From Cyanobacteria bacterium auto_48_18 (GTDB taxonomy: Bacteria > Cyanobacteriota > Vampirovibrionia > Obscuribacterales > Obscuribacteraceae): a stretch of DNA of 33,852 nucleotides. The notes under the pieces are model-generated. The model saw only the letters and a list, made by a program, of their open reading frames with translations, was not told the origin of the DNA and ran no database searches. Of this stretch, positions 26,247 through 33,852 are shown piece after piece. The stretch's first letter is position 1. Each line of letters opens with the position of its first letter. The stretch covers positions 185,315 to 219,166 of the forward strand of contig JAVHQC010000011.1 in NCBI GenBank assembly GCA_036170915.1, written 5' to 3'. Made by a program: the position numbers and the translations under genes.

Positions 26247-27113
26247 ATGTCAAAAACCTACAAGTCTATCCTGGTTGCCTTAATCGGCTGCCTTCTAGGC
26301 CTATCCTCAACCAGTGCTTTTGCAGCTGATACCAAATTTTTCGGCGTCGAATATGATCCGTCATTTGAACAAATGACTCACTATGACGCTGATGAACCTT
26401 ACACGGCAAACCTCGAGAAGCTGAATGTTAAAGATCAGTTTGCTTATCTTCAGCCATGGGATGGCTATTGCCCACCTTCAAATTTGTCTGAAGCTGATGC
26501 CAAGCGTCTGCCTTGCCAAACTTCAAACATCAAACCAACCTTGAAATATCACGGCGTGCAATACGTTGGCAACAAGTGGATGCATCTCGCTTGCGCCGAA
26601 GCTCTTAAATCAGTGCAACACGGCGGCGGACCTTTCAGCACAGTAATCGTGCAAATTGATGACGATACAAACAAAGTGATTCGCTACTGGATTTCACATA
26701 ACCACGTAACTCAGTGGGTTGATCCAACAGCACATGGCGAAACGACTTGCATTAAACAGGCTTGCAAAGAATTGAATGTTTTCAATCTTGGTCATATCGA
26801 CAAAGATAATCCAAACCTCAAACTGCCACAGACTTGCAAGACTTCTCACTGTGATCTCTACACCAACGGTGAGCCATGCCCAATGTGTTACTCAGCTACC
26901 CGCTGGGCAAACATCAGCAATATTTTCTTTGCTGCCACCGTCAATGATGCTGCAACTCAAGGCGTAAACTTCGGCGATGAGCCTCAGTATGCTGAGTTGT
27001 CGCTCAATTACGAAGACAGAGTCAAATTGGGAGTGAACTGCAAACAGTGCACAACTGATAATTCTCTTTCTGCCTTCAACCACTACAAGCGTGCTAACTC
27101 AATTAAATACTAA
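26247..27113 (+). CDS. Zn-dependent nucleoside/nucleobase deaminase, GuaD (guanine deaminase)-like, with signal peptide
   Basis: GGGPF..VIV, NHVT..VDPTAHGE, LYT..EPCPMC..A..WA, DAA..G.F.D and C-terminal Tyr parallel B. subtilis GuaD. N-terminal MSKTYKSILVALIGCLLGLSSTSAFA signal; GGAG RBS. Confidence 0.85.
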   Translation: MSKTYKSILVALIGCLLGLSSTSAFAADTKFFGVEYDPSFEQMTHYDADEPYTANLEKLNVKDQFAYLQPWDGYCPPSNLSEADAKRLPCQTSNIKPTLKYHGVQYVGNKWMHLACAEALKSVQHGGGPFSTVIVQIDDDTNKVIRYWISHNHVTQWVDPTAHGETTCIKQACKELNVFNLGHIDKDNPNLKLPQTCKTSHCDLYTNGEPCPMCYSATRWANISNIFFAATVNDAATQGVNFGDEPQYAELSLNYEDRVKLGVNCKQCTTDNSLSAFNHYKRANSIKY

Positions 27114-27136
27114 GTTAGAGGCTAGCTAAATATCTG

Positions 27137-27160
27137 AGGCGCGGGGTAACTCGCGCCTTT
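27137..27160 (+). terminator. Probable terminator/hairpin between deaminase and ClC genes
   Basis: AGGCGCGGG-GTAA-CTCGCGCCT 9-bp stem (one G-U) with GNRA loop, then a weak TTGACTTT tract. Confidence 0.6.
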
Positions 27161-27174
27161 GACTTTGGAGACGC

Positions 27175-28920
27175 ATGACCGAAGACGCAAAAGATCTAGC
27201 CGGCCCCACTAATATCAATTTGCTCGAAGCCTGTGTTATTGGCATTGTGGCAGCTGTGGGTGCTGTACTTTTAAAAGAAGGTGTGGGCAGGCTTGGTGCC
27301 TGGCGCATTGCTATGGCCACAGAGAGTCACAACTACTTGTCGTTGGCCGCGCCCGAGATGACAATGTTTGCTTTAATCGGGCTAATTGGTGGTCTCATAT
27401 CTGGTGCCCTGATTCAGTTTGTAGCACCAGAGGCAAATGGTAGCGGCATTCCTCAAGTCAAAGCGGCCATTTTAGGCATACCGCAAGATCTAAGTTTGCG
27501 CACTGCTGCCGTCAAATTGGTTAGTTGTGTGGTGGCACTGGGAACAGGGCTCTCAATGGGCAGAGAAGGGCCCACAGTGCAGCTCTCGGCAGCACTTTCG
27601 GCTAACGCCAGCAAATTGATTCGCTCTTCGCCCAAACATCGCGCTCAGTTGATTGCCGCGGGTGCTGGTGCTGGTCTGGCCGCCGCGTTTAATGCACCAC
27701 TGGCGGGTGTGCTCTTTGTGCTTGAAGAGTTAATTGGTCGCATGTCTGGATTTACTGTCGGCACCGCAGTGGTGGCATGTTTTGTCGCTGCGGTGCTTTC
27801 TCGTTTGGTTGGTGTGCATAGCCTTGATATTCAACTAAGTAAATACAATTCAGTATCGACTTTTGCCGCCATGGATATTCCGTTTTACTTACTGTTAGGT
27901 GCTGCTGCCGGATTACTTGGTGCGCTTTTTAACAAGGGCATCATTGCTGGTCTCACTCTCAATCGTGATCTGCTTAAATGGCCAGTCACCGTCACGTGTG
28001 GGTTGGCAGGTTTAATTTCGGGTTTGCTGGTGGCAAGTCTGCCACCACTCTTTCATGACTATAGTGGACTGCGTGAAGCCCTGCTGTCTGGAAATCTGGG
28101 GCTCAACACAATTCTCATCGCCCTTGCTCTGCAATTTGTTTTAACTGTAGTGGCATACAGCTCGGGTGCTCCAGGCGGATTGTTTGCACCAAGTTTAACT
28201 ATGGGAGCCTGCCTTGGACTTTTAGCGGCAATGGTAGAACAGCATTTTTGCGGTACAGCAAACGCCATAACATTTGCCATTGTCGGCATGGGTGCAGTGT
28301 TTTGCGCGGTGGCTCGCGTACCTATGACCGCGGTGGTGATTATTTTTGAAATGACCACTGACTTTAATGTGGTACTACCACTGATGATTAGCTGCGTTGT
28401 CAGTTATCTAGTGGCAGAAAAACTCGACCCCGGATCTATTTATGACCAGCTTTTGGAATGGGTGGGCATCGATACACATGTTGTTGAAGGTGATGCCGGC
28501 ATCATGAAAACAAAAAGCGCCGCAGATATTATGCACCGCTCGGTTGAGACCATTTCTGATGACTGTACACTTTCTGCTGTGCGAGCCATTTTTGCTAATT
28601 CCAAACACCACGGTTTTCCTGTTGTTGATAAAGACTATCGACCGGTTGGTATGGTCACACATCACGATGTGCTCGAATTTGATCGGCTTGAACATAGCGG
28701 TGAAACATTAATCACCCAAGTGATGACGGTTAAACCGGTGACCATTAATTCAGACGAATCACTGGCTGAAGTTGTATTGGCTCTGGATAAATACAAAATT
28801 AGCCGCCTGCCTATCGTAGAGAAAGGCAAGCTGGTGGGAATTATCACCAAAGCCGACGTAGTGACAGCGGAAAGCCAATTTTTGCTCAGGTCAAAGAAGG
28901 CAGAAAAAATTAGTGATTAG
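27175..28920 (+). CDS. clcA: ClC family H+/Cl- antiporter with C-terminal CBS pair
   Basis: Selectivity motifs GSGIP, GREGP (gating Glu), GLFAP; AAFNAPLAG..F.LEE; IYD; two CBS domains (GFPVVD, RLPIVE.GKLVGIIT..D). Confidence 0.93.
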   Translation: MTEDAKDLAGPTNINLLEACVIGIVAAVGAVLLKEGVGRLGAWRIAMATESHNYLSLAAPEMTMFALIGLIGGLISGALIQFVAPEANGSGIPQVKAAILGIPQDLSLRTAAVKLVSCVVALGTGLSMGREGPTVQLSAALSANASKLIRSSPKHRAQLIAAGAGAGLAAAFNAPLAGVLFVLEELIGRMSGFTVGTAVVACFVAAVLSRLVGVHSLDIQLSKYNSVSTFAAMDIPFYLLLGAAAGLLGALFNKGIIAGLTLNRDLLKWPVTVTCGLAGLISGLLVASLPPLFHDYSGLREALLSGNLGLNTILIALALQFVLTVVAYSSGAPGGLFAPSLTMGACLGLLAAMVEQHFCGTANAITFAIVGMGAVFCAVARVPMTAVVIIFEMTTDFNVVLPLMISCVVSYLVAEKLDPGSIYDQLLEWVGIDTHVVEGDAGIMKTKSAADIMHRSVETISDDCTLSAVRAIFANSKHHGFPVVDKDYRPVGMVTHHDVLEFDRLEHSGETLITQVMTVKPVTINSDESLAEVVLALDKYKISRLPIVEKGKLVGIITKADVVTAESQFLLRSKKAEKISD

Positions 28921-28946
28921 GCAATATAACTGTGATATGCCGCTAA

Positions 28947-28976
28947 AATAGTGTTCTCCAACAATAGTGTTTTCCA
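28947..28976 (+). repeat. 14-bp direct repeat upstream of queF
   Basis: AATAGTGTTCTCCA (28947-28960) and AATAGTGTTTTCCA (28963-28976), one mismatch; overlaps a TAAAAT -10 candidate at 28944-28949. Confidence 0.65.
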
Positions 28977-28993
28977 CACAGCAGAGAAAAGCC

Positions 28994-29446
28994 ATGAGCA
29001 GCTCCAATCCAAAACAAAAATTTGCCCAATTAGGCAAATCAACAAAGCAAATTTACGACAACCCAAAACCCAGCATTCTCGAATGTTTCCCAAATCCTTT
29101 TGATGACTCTAAACTCAACCCTAATGCGGTTGTCGGTACGATTCATATTGAGGCACCGGAGTTCACCACACTTTGCCCCATTACTGGTCAACCAGACTTT
29201 GCCACCATTGTCATTGACTATCAGCCGCGGCAGCTCTGTGTGGAAAGCAAATCACTTAAGGTCTATCTGGGGGCTTTCAGGCAGTTTCCTGAGTTTCATG
29301 AAGCAAGTGTCAATCGCATTGCCAATGATTTGATCAGTTTGTTAGATCCTCATTATCTTAAGGTGGAAGGGCGTTTCACCCCTCGCGGCGGCATTCCTTT
29401 CTGGCCTCAGGCGGAATACTCCCGGGCGAAGAAGAAGTCTAAATAA
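28994..29446 (+). CDS. queF: NADPH-dependent 7-cyano-7-deazaguanine (preQ0) reductase, unimodular type
   Basis: EFTTLCPITGQPDFA, QueF motif ESKSLKVYL..F, FHE, FTPRGGI. Start moved to ATG 28994. Confidence 0.95.
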   Translation: MSSSNPKQKFAQLGKSTKQIYDNPKPSILECFPNPFDDSKLNPNAVVGTIHIEAPEFTTLCPITGQPDFATIVIDYQPRQLCVESKSLKVYLGAFRQFPEFHEASVNRIANDLISLLDPHYLKVEGRFTPRGGIPFWPQAEYSRAKKKSK

Positions 29447-29517
29447 GAACCAGGTAATGGTTTTTGTAACAGCTTAGGCGGTTGTCAGAATCTCAACAGC
29501 CAAGCTGGCTGGCGATT

Positions 29518-29526
29518 TGATACAAT
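29518..29526 (+). promoter_or_regulatory. Extended -10 promoter (TGnTACAAT) for queCDE, probably leaderless
   Basis: TG-A-TACAAT ending 8 nt before ATG 29535; no Shine-Dalgarno. Confidence 0.5.
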
Positions 29527-29534
29527 CAGCTCTT

Positions 29535-30230
29535 ATGTCTAAAGCTCTCGTGATCTTTTCTGGCGGGCAGGATAGTACAACCTGTCTATTTTGGGCCAAG
29601 CAACGTTTTGATGACGTGTTTGCCCTTACTTTTGATTATGGTCAAAGGCATTGCGTCGAGCTTGAGAGTGCCGAGAAAATTGCTCAGCTAGCCGGCGTTA
29701 AGCAAGAAGTGCTCAATCTCGGACACATCTTTAAAGGGTTGAGCCCGCTCACCGATTTGTCGCGCGAAGTTGAAAAGTACGATGATGTCAGCGCTTTGCC
29801 TTCTGGGCTAGCCGATACTTTTGTACCTGGGCGCAATATTCTCTTTCTTACTGTAGCCGCCAATCGTGCCTATGTACTGGGATGCGATAGTTTAGTAATT
29901 GGTGTGGCCCAACAAGATTATGGTGGTTATCCTGACTGCCGAGAAGATTTCATCACTAAAATGGAAAGCGCTATGGCCAGCGGCCTTGATAGTGATTTGA
30001 AAATTCTGGCACCACTAATGCATCTGACCAAAGAAAATACAGTGACGCTCGCTCAGTCTCTGCCCGGATGCATGGAAGCTCTGGCTTTCACCACCACTTG
30101 TTATAACGGTGCACCACCGTGCGGCAGCTGCAATTCGTGTCTATTGCGCGCTAAAGGTTTCGCTCAAGCAGGTGTGGCTGATCCGCTACTTGAACGCCTT
30201 CGCCAGGGCGCCGCCGGAGTTGTCTCATGA
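29535..30230 (+). CDS. queC: 7-cyano-7-deazaguanine synthase
   Basis: KALVIFSGGQDST PP-loop, FDYGQRH..E, TFVPGRN, GYPDCR..F, Zn motif TCYNG..CGSCNSC..R. Start moved to ATG 29535. Confidence 0.96.
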   Translation: MSKALVIFSGGQDSTTCLFWAKQRFDDVFALTFDYGQRHCVELESAEKIAQLAGVKQEVLNLGHIFKGLSPLTDLSREVEKYDDVSALPSGLADTFVPGRNILFLTVAANRAYVLGCDSLVIGVAQQDYGGYPDCREDFITKMESAMASGLDSDLKILAPLMHLTKENTVTLAQSLPGCMEALAFTTTCYNGAPPCGSCNSCLLRAKGFAQAGVADPLLERLRQGAAGVVS

Positions 30231-30721
30231 AATCAATAGCAAAAGTTGCTAGTGAGGCAAAAAAAAGTGCAACTGTTTTTGCCGCTGTAAAAGTATCTGC
30301 CGTGCGCAAATTGCAGTTTTGCGCCGGCCATAGAATTTATAAGCATGAGTCAAAGTGCCGACATCTTCACGGACACAACTATCAAGTATTTTTTCACGCA
30401 GAAGCAAAAGAGTTAGATCATCTCGGCCGTGTGATTGACTTCGGTGTGCTCAAAGAGCGGTTCTTGCCATGGCTAGAGGCAAATTGGGATCACGGTTTCA
30501 TTTTGTGGGACAAAGACAAGGAAGGGATTGCCGCACTACGAGCGGTACCAGAGCAAAAACTGTTTTTGCTGGGCAATAACCCGACTGCTGAAAATATGGC
30601 ACTGTATTTGCTCACTGAAGTTGCTCCGCTTTTACTTGTGGATAGTGACGTCAGAGTAAGCAAAGTGGTGCTCTGGGAAACAGAAAACTGTTTTGTTGAG
30701 GTGGTGGCAGATGCTGGGTAG
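30227..30721 (+). CDS. queD: 6-carboxy-5,6,7,8-tetrahydropterin synthase
   Basis: FCAGHRI, CRHLHGHNY, VIDFG.LK, WDH, NPTAEN, LWETEN; ATGA overlap with queC. Confidence 0.92.
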   Translation: MKSIAKVASEAKKSATVFAAVKVSAVRKLQFCAGHRIYKHESKCRHLHGHNYQVFFHAEAKELDHLGRVIDFGVLKERFLPWLEANWDHGFILWDKDKEGIAALRAVPEQKLFLLGNNPTAENMALYLLTEVAPLLLVDSDVRVSKVVLWETENCFVEVVADAG

Positions 30722-31415
30722 CAATCCGCTGCGGCCACAAGAAAAGGGTGACGGGCAGAGCCTCTGGGTGCAGGAAGTTTTTTATACACTGCAAGGTGAA
30801 GGGCCATATTCTGGACAGCCTGCAGTATTTGTGCGATTGGCCGGATGCAATCTCAGCTGCTACTGGTGCGACACCGATTTTGAATCGTCTACATGGCGGC
30901 CGACGTTAGAAGAGTTGATGCAGGCAATTGTCGACGTAAAAACTCCCTTCTGTAATTTGATTGTTTTAACTGGCGGAGAGCCTTTCAGGCAAAACATCAG
31001 ACCTTTACTTGACACACTGCTGGCTCTTTCTGACTCAATGCGCGTGCAAATAGAAACTAACGGTACGCTCTGGGTTGATTTGCCAGAGAACGAACGTCTG
31101 CATATTGTATGCAGTCCAAAAACCAGTATGCTCAATCAAAAATTGGTGAGCAATATCCATTCATATAAATATCTGGTGTCGGCCGGTAGTCTTGATGCTG
31201 AAGATGGTTTGCCTTTAGCGAGCACGCAGAAAGCTGGCGAGGTCGCGCGTCTTGCCAGGCCCCCAGCAGGCTCGCGTGCAGAAGTCTTCGTTATGCCCAT
31301 CGATGCCCGCGACCCCGAGGCGAACGAGGCGAATTTGCAAGCCACAGTATCTTCTGCATTAACTCACGGCTATCGACTGACTTTGCAGACACATAAATTG
31401 ACTGGGATTCGGTAG
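30711..31415 (+). CDS. queE: 7-carboxy-7-deazaguanine synthase (radical SAM)
   Basis: EVFYTLQGEGPYSGQPAVFVRLAGCNLSCYWCDT (CxxxCxxC), LTGGEP, QIETNG, VCSPK, RLTLQTHK. Start moved to ATG 30711. Confidence 0.95.
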   Translation: MLGSNPLRPQEKGDGQSLWVQEVFYTLQGEGPYSGQPAVFVRLAGCNLSCYWCDTDFESSTWRPTLEELMQAIVDVKTPFCNLIVLTGGEPFRQNIRPLLDTLLALSDSMRVQIETNGTLWVDLPENERLHIVCSPKTSMLNQKLVSNIHSYKYLVSAGSLDAEDGLPLASTQKAGEVARLARPPAGSRAEVFVMPIDARDPEANEANLQATVSSALTHGYRLTLQTHKLTGIR

Positions 31416-31444
31416 TTTTTTCAGAATCGCATTGATGCACTAAA

Positions 31445-31975
31445 TCACAGCACTTTGAAATTGCGCCCTTTTTCGAGAGCTGCAAGAATCATGGGCGAAT
31501 GAATTACCGGCGCTTGCACAATGGGCTGTGAAGGCCACTCTAGCCTCTTTAGCTGAATGAACTTATCACCTTCCGCCAGGCATAATTGTTGGTTATAACC
31601 TTCGGCAAATGACGCCCAGTGCAAACCTGGATAAATATGTCTATGTTGGTTGGGCACATATAAACGACATTTATACCTTGTTGGATCTGGCCAACCTTTG
31701 ATGCGTAGAAGCGGTGTCTTTGTCTGGTTTACCAGTTCTTGATAGCGAATGGAATCATCAAAGGATTTGCTTTGATGGTCTTCGAAGCCTTTGATTTCTA
31801 CGTATACTTGCTGACGCGGCAGCCATAGATCAGGAATGTAGTTGCCCGAAATAAGTGCGAACGTTCTTGGTTCGTAGACTGTTTGTATATTGAGCGCATC
31901 GAAGAAAATCTTCCAGCGCACTTCGAGTCTGCTGCGATATTGTTCGCCATCATAAACTGTCGGTATTGCTCTCAT
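31445..31975 (-). CDS. PD-(D/E)xK superfamily nuclease, phage-type (YRSRLE...YEP...YIPD...EIKG)
   Basis: Start moved to ATG 31975 (GAGGG RBS). MRAIPTVYDGEQYRSRLEVRWKIFFDAL.I...YEP..F......YIPDLWLP...VYVEIKG has an intact PD...ExK motif. Confidence 0.8.
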   Translation of the reverse strand: MRAIPTVYDGEQYRSRLEVRWKIFFDALNIQTVYEPRTFALISGNYIPDLWLPRQQVYVEIKGFEDHQSKSFDDSIRYQELVNQTKTPLLRIKGWPDPTRYKCRLYVPNQHRHIYPGLHWASFAEGYNQQLCLAEGDKFIQLKRLEWPSQPIVQAPVIHSPMILAALEKGRNFKVL

Positions 31976-32141
31976 AATAACGCCCTCACGGTGATGGGTC
32001 GATATTACGAGAGCTGTGGATTCTAGGCACTGTGTAAATGCACAGAAAAATTTGGGTTTACGCCGATGCATGTATGATCTATTTAGCTGAATCGAACTTT
32101 TTGATTTGGCCTGACATTCCTCGCAAGAAGCCTTATTCGAA

Positions 32142-32939
32142 ATGGACTCTACACCCAACGAATTATCAACCGACCAGCTGTTTGAGATTGCTCTTTTCGA
32201 GTCAGACCAGTCTTCAAACAGCGCGCTCAGCAGACTCCTTCGACGTCCCACCAGAGAAGTATTTGATAAGGCGCATGCTCTATGTTTAAGCCGAATCCCA
32301 AGTAGTCGACTATTGGGCGTGCTTGTTCTAAGTCAACTTGGTGGGGAAGAATATGCCTTCGAAGACGAAACAGGTAAAGTCTTAGTCCAAATGTTCGAAG
32401 GTGAGGAAGATTCTGATGTCCTTGCAGCCCTTTGCTGTAGCATCTTTCATCGGAAAATTGAATCAGGCTTAATTCCACTTTCTCAACTGAAGAATCACTC
32501 GGATTCCAACGTGCGGCATAGCGTCGCCGTTGGACTCATGGGTAACGATAGCGAGGTTGCAATTGAGGTATTAATCGAATTATCAAATGATGATTCGGCC
32601 GATGTGAGAAATTGGGCCACCTTTGCGCTTGGACGCCAGACTGATATTGACACTGAGCCGCTAAGAATGGCTCTATGCCAACGATTAGCTGACAGTAATT
32701 TAACCACTCGAAGAGAGGCCACTCATGGATTGGCACAACGAAATGATGAACGCGCAGTAGTTCCGCTAATGGATTTCCTTAAGGTCGATCAAGTCACGAA
32801 CGATGATATTAAAGCCGCTGCAAATCTAGGCAAGCCGGAACTTCTACCGGCTCTTTATGCGCTAGAAGGATGTGATTATGCAGATCCGGTTGCATTGAGC
32901 ATCGCCATTAAAGCCTGCTCGATAAACACCAACATCTGA
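32142..32939 (+). CDS. HEAT repeat (PBS-lyase-like) protein
   Basis: Repeats LSQLKNHSDSNVRHSVAVGL, LIELSNDDSADVRNWATFALG, LCQRLADSNLTTRREATHGLA, DERAVVPL. Confidence 0.85.
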   Translation: MDSTPNELSTDQLFEIALFESDQSSNSALSRLLRRPTREVFDKAHALCLSRIPSSRLLGVLVLSQLGGEEYAFEDETGKVLVQMFEGEEDSDVLAALCCSIFHRKIESGLIPLSQLKNHSDSNVRHSVAVGLMGNDSEVAIEVLIELSNDDSADVRNWATFALGRQTDIDTEPLRMALCQRLADSNLTTRREATHGLAQRNDERAVVPLMDFLKVDQVTNDDIKAAANLGKPELLPALYALEGCDYADPVALSIAIKACSINTNI

Positions 32940-32953
32940 TTTTAGACTTCTTT

Positions 32954-33301
32954 TTAGTCTTTGATTTTAGCGATGGTGCCGAAATTATTGACCTTGCCAT
33001 TTTTATCAAATGAAACAAAGATGTTGTCATAGACATTTGTCTTTGATGTAGCGGGATCAGTAATTTGATAAGTCATTTGTTGCTGACTCTCACTGTAAGA
33101 ACCTTTGCCAAGGTTCTTCTCTACTTCGGCTCTGGTCATGCCTAAAAGCTTGGGTGCGGTTTTGCCGATGGTAGCCCAACGTTCTTCGGTAGTTTTACCG
33201 GACACTAGCGGAGCCCAGGCTGACTTTTCGGCCCAAACTGGAGCCGCGAGAATAGTATTGGTTGCAACAATAGCCAGGGCGAGGAGGCAGATTTTCTTCA
33301 T
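32954..33301 (-). CDS. Small exported protein with SmpA/OmlA/BLIP-like motif
   Basis: Start moved to ATG 33301; signal peptide MKKICLLALAIV...PVWA; LLGMTRAEVEKNLGKG...TYQI...VSFDKNGKV. Confidence 0.65.
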   Translation of the reverse strand: MKKICLLALAIVATNTILAAPVWAEKSAWAPLVSGKTTEERWATIGKTAPKLLGMTRAEVEKNLGKGSYSESQQQMTYQITDPATSKTNVYDNIFVSFDKNGKVNNFGTIAKIKD

Positions 33302-33417
33302 GGCATAACCTATTTTGGTTTTAGAACAATTCTGAATTTCCGGTTTCATTATCTACTATTGAAATCGTGTTCGATTATTTGCCGTATGCCATGGGTGCAT
33401 GAAACGTGGCCCTTTAG

Positions 33418-33698
33418 TGCAAGAAGAAAGTGGAAAAGGCGCGCCGATTTACAGTCTTAAGGCCATCGGTTGCTGCTGTTGAAGCTTTTCTGACACCTTA
33501 TGGTATGCCATCTGATGTCAATGCCGTGCAGGCAATTGTGGCCCTTACGATTTTCTGAGGGGTCGAGAAATCCCCACCCTTCCATCGACAGCGAGTAATG
33601 GCTCAGGAGGTTCTTCTGCGCTACCCTCCACTGGTTTCTATCTTCCGAGTGCTCCAGGTAGTCTTTTACAGTGGATGACTAACAATGGTATTGCGTAG
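33418..33698 (+). pseudogene. Possible degraded or frameshifted coding remnant
   Basis: Two overlapping open frames (...PSVAAVEAFLTPYGMPSDVNAVQAIVA and PYDFLRGREIPTLPSTASNGSGGSSALPSTGFYLPSAPGSLLQWMTNNGIA*) join if one C is added to the run at 33542-33544. Confidence 0.25.
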
Positions 33699-33852
33699 AC
33701 AGGTGGGGGGATAAGCTAAGATTTAAGCAAGAACTAGTATCGTAATAAGGATATCAACACACGCATGCAGTACAAATTTGTCATCTGGGGCGTAGCTTGT
33801 TAGCAGCCGTTTAAAACAGCGTCTTTTGAAGTGGCAAGTTTAAATCGCGCGA

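Noticed and set aside
27114..28920. Fluoride-specific ClC-F with fluoride riboswitch
   Set aside because: Motifs are canonical GSGIP/GREGP rather than the GNNLI/GREGT of ClC-F; the upstream hairpin is a simple GNRA stem.
28921..29534. preQ1 riboswitch upstream of queF or queC
   Set aside because: No preQ1-I-like stem-loop with the conserved loop and downstream A-rich tail is visible; cmsearch would be needed to exclude divergent classes.
28994..31975. dpd-type 7-deazaguanine DNA modification/restriction island
   Set aside because: No dpdA/tgt-like, dpdB, dpdC or folE gene in the window; queF points to ordinary tRNA queuosine precursor synthesis.
31976..32251. 92-aa N-terminal extension of the nuclease given in the ORF track
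   Set aside because: Overlaps the HEAT gene on the opposite strand; the family-like sequence and an RBS begin at ATG 31975.
100..33308. Numerous short antisense or nested ORFs in the track (e.g. 100-540, 8799-9266, 15125-15604, 30490-30807)
   Set aside because: They shadow well-supported genes on the other strand or frame and lack RBS or family motifs.
31416..33852. Prophage or mobile element boundary after queE
   Set aside because: No integrase, transposase, tRNA target, att-like repeats or structural phage genes visible.

Overview
A gene-dense bacterial chromosomal window with no rRNA, tRNA, CRISPR array, transposase or integrase that I can recognise. The gene repertoire (DUF4388/degenerate-GGDEF paralogues, a stand-alone poly-MshEN protein, many secreted TPR and low-complexity proteins, large orphan proteins) resembles Candidatus Melainabacteria/Obscuribacterales; this is inference, not a computed assignment. 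Recognisable housekeeping genes: a YqeY-like protein, a YchJ-like protein, an Lrp/AsnC regulator plus class I/II aminotransferase, a tandem-domain USP, a patatin, an adenylation-ACP-PlsC fusion, a GuaD-like deaminase with a signal peptide, a ClC-CBS antiporter, and queF-queC-queD-queE. The best candidates for undescribed biology are: (1) an insulated three-gene unit at 10678-14813 (-), with two ~660-aa orphan proteins sharing an N-terminal motif (one with a PD-(D/E)xK-like segment, both with hydrophobic C-terminal helices) plus an unannotated 29-aa membrane peptide; (2) a coupled operon of a Gly/Arg-tailed lipoprotein, a probable ubiquitin-like/winged-helix fusion, Lrp and an aminotransferase; (3) a divergent pair of catalytically dead GGDEF proteins that keep RxxD and share an unnamed N-terminal domain, plus a four-domain MshEN protein; (4) an apparently exported guanine deaminase. 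Several start codons were moved from the ORF track on RBS, signal-peptide or family grounds. All family calls come from recognising motifs by eye, not from database searches.
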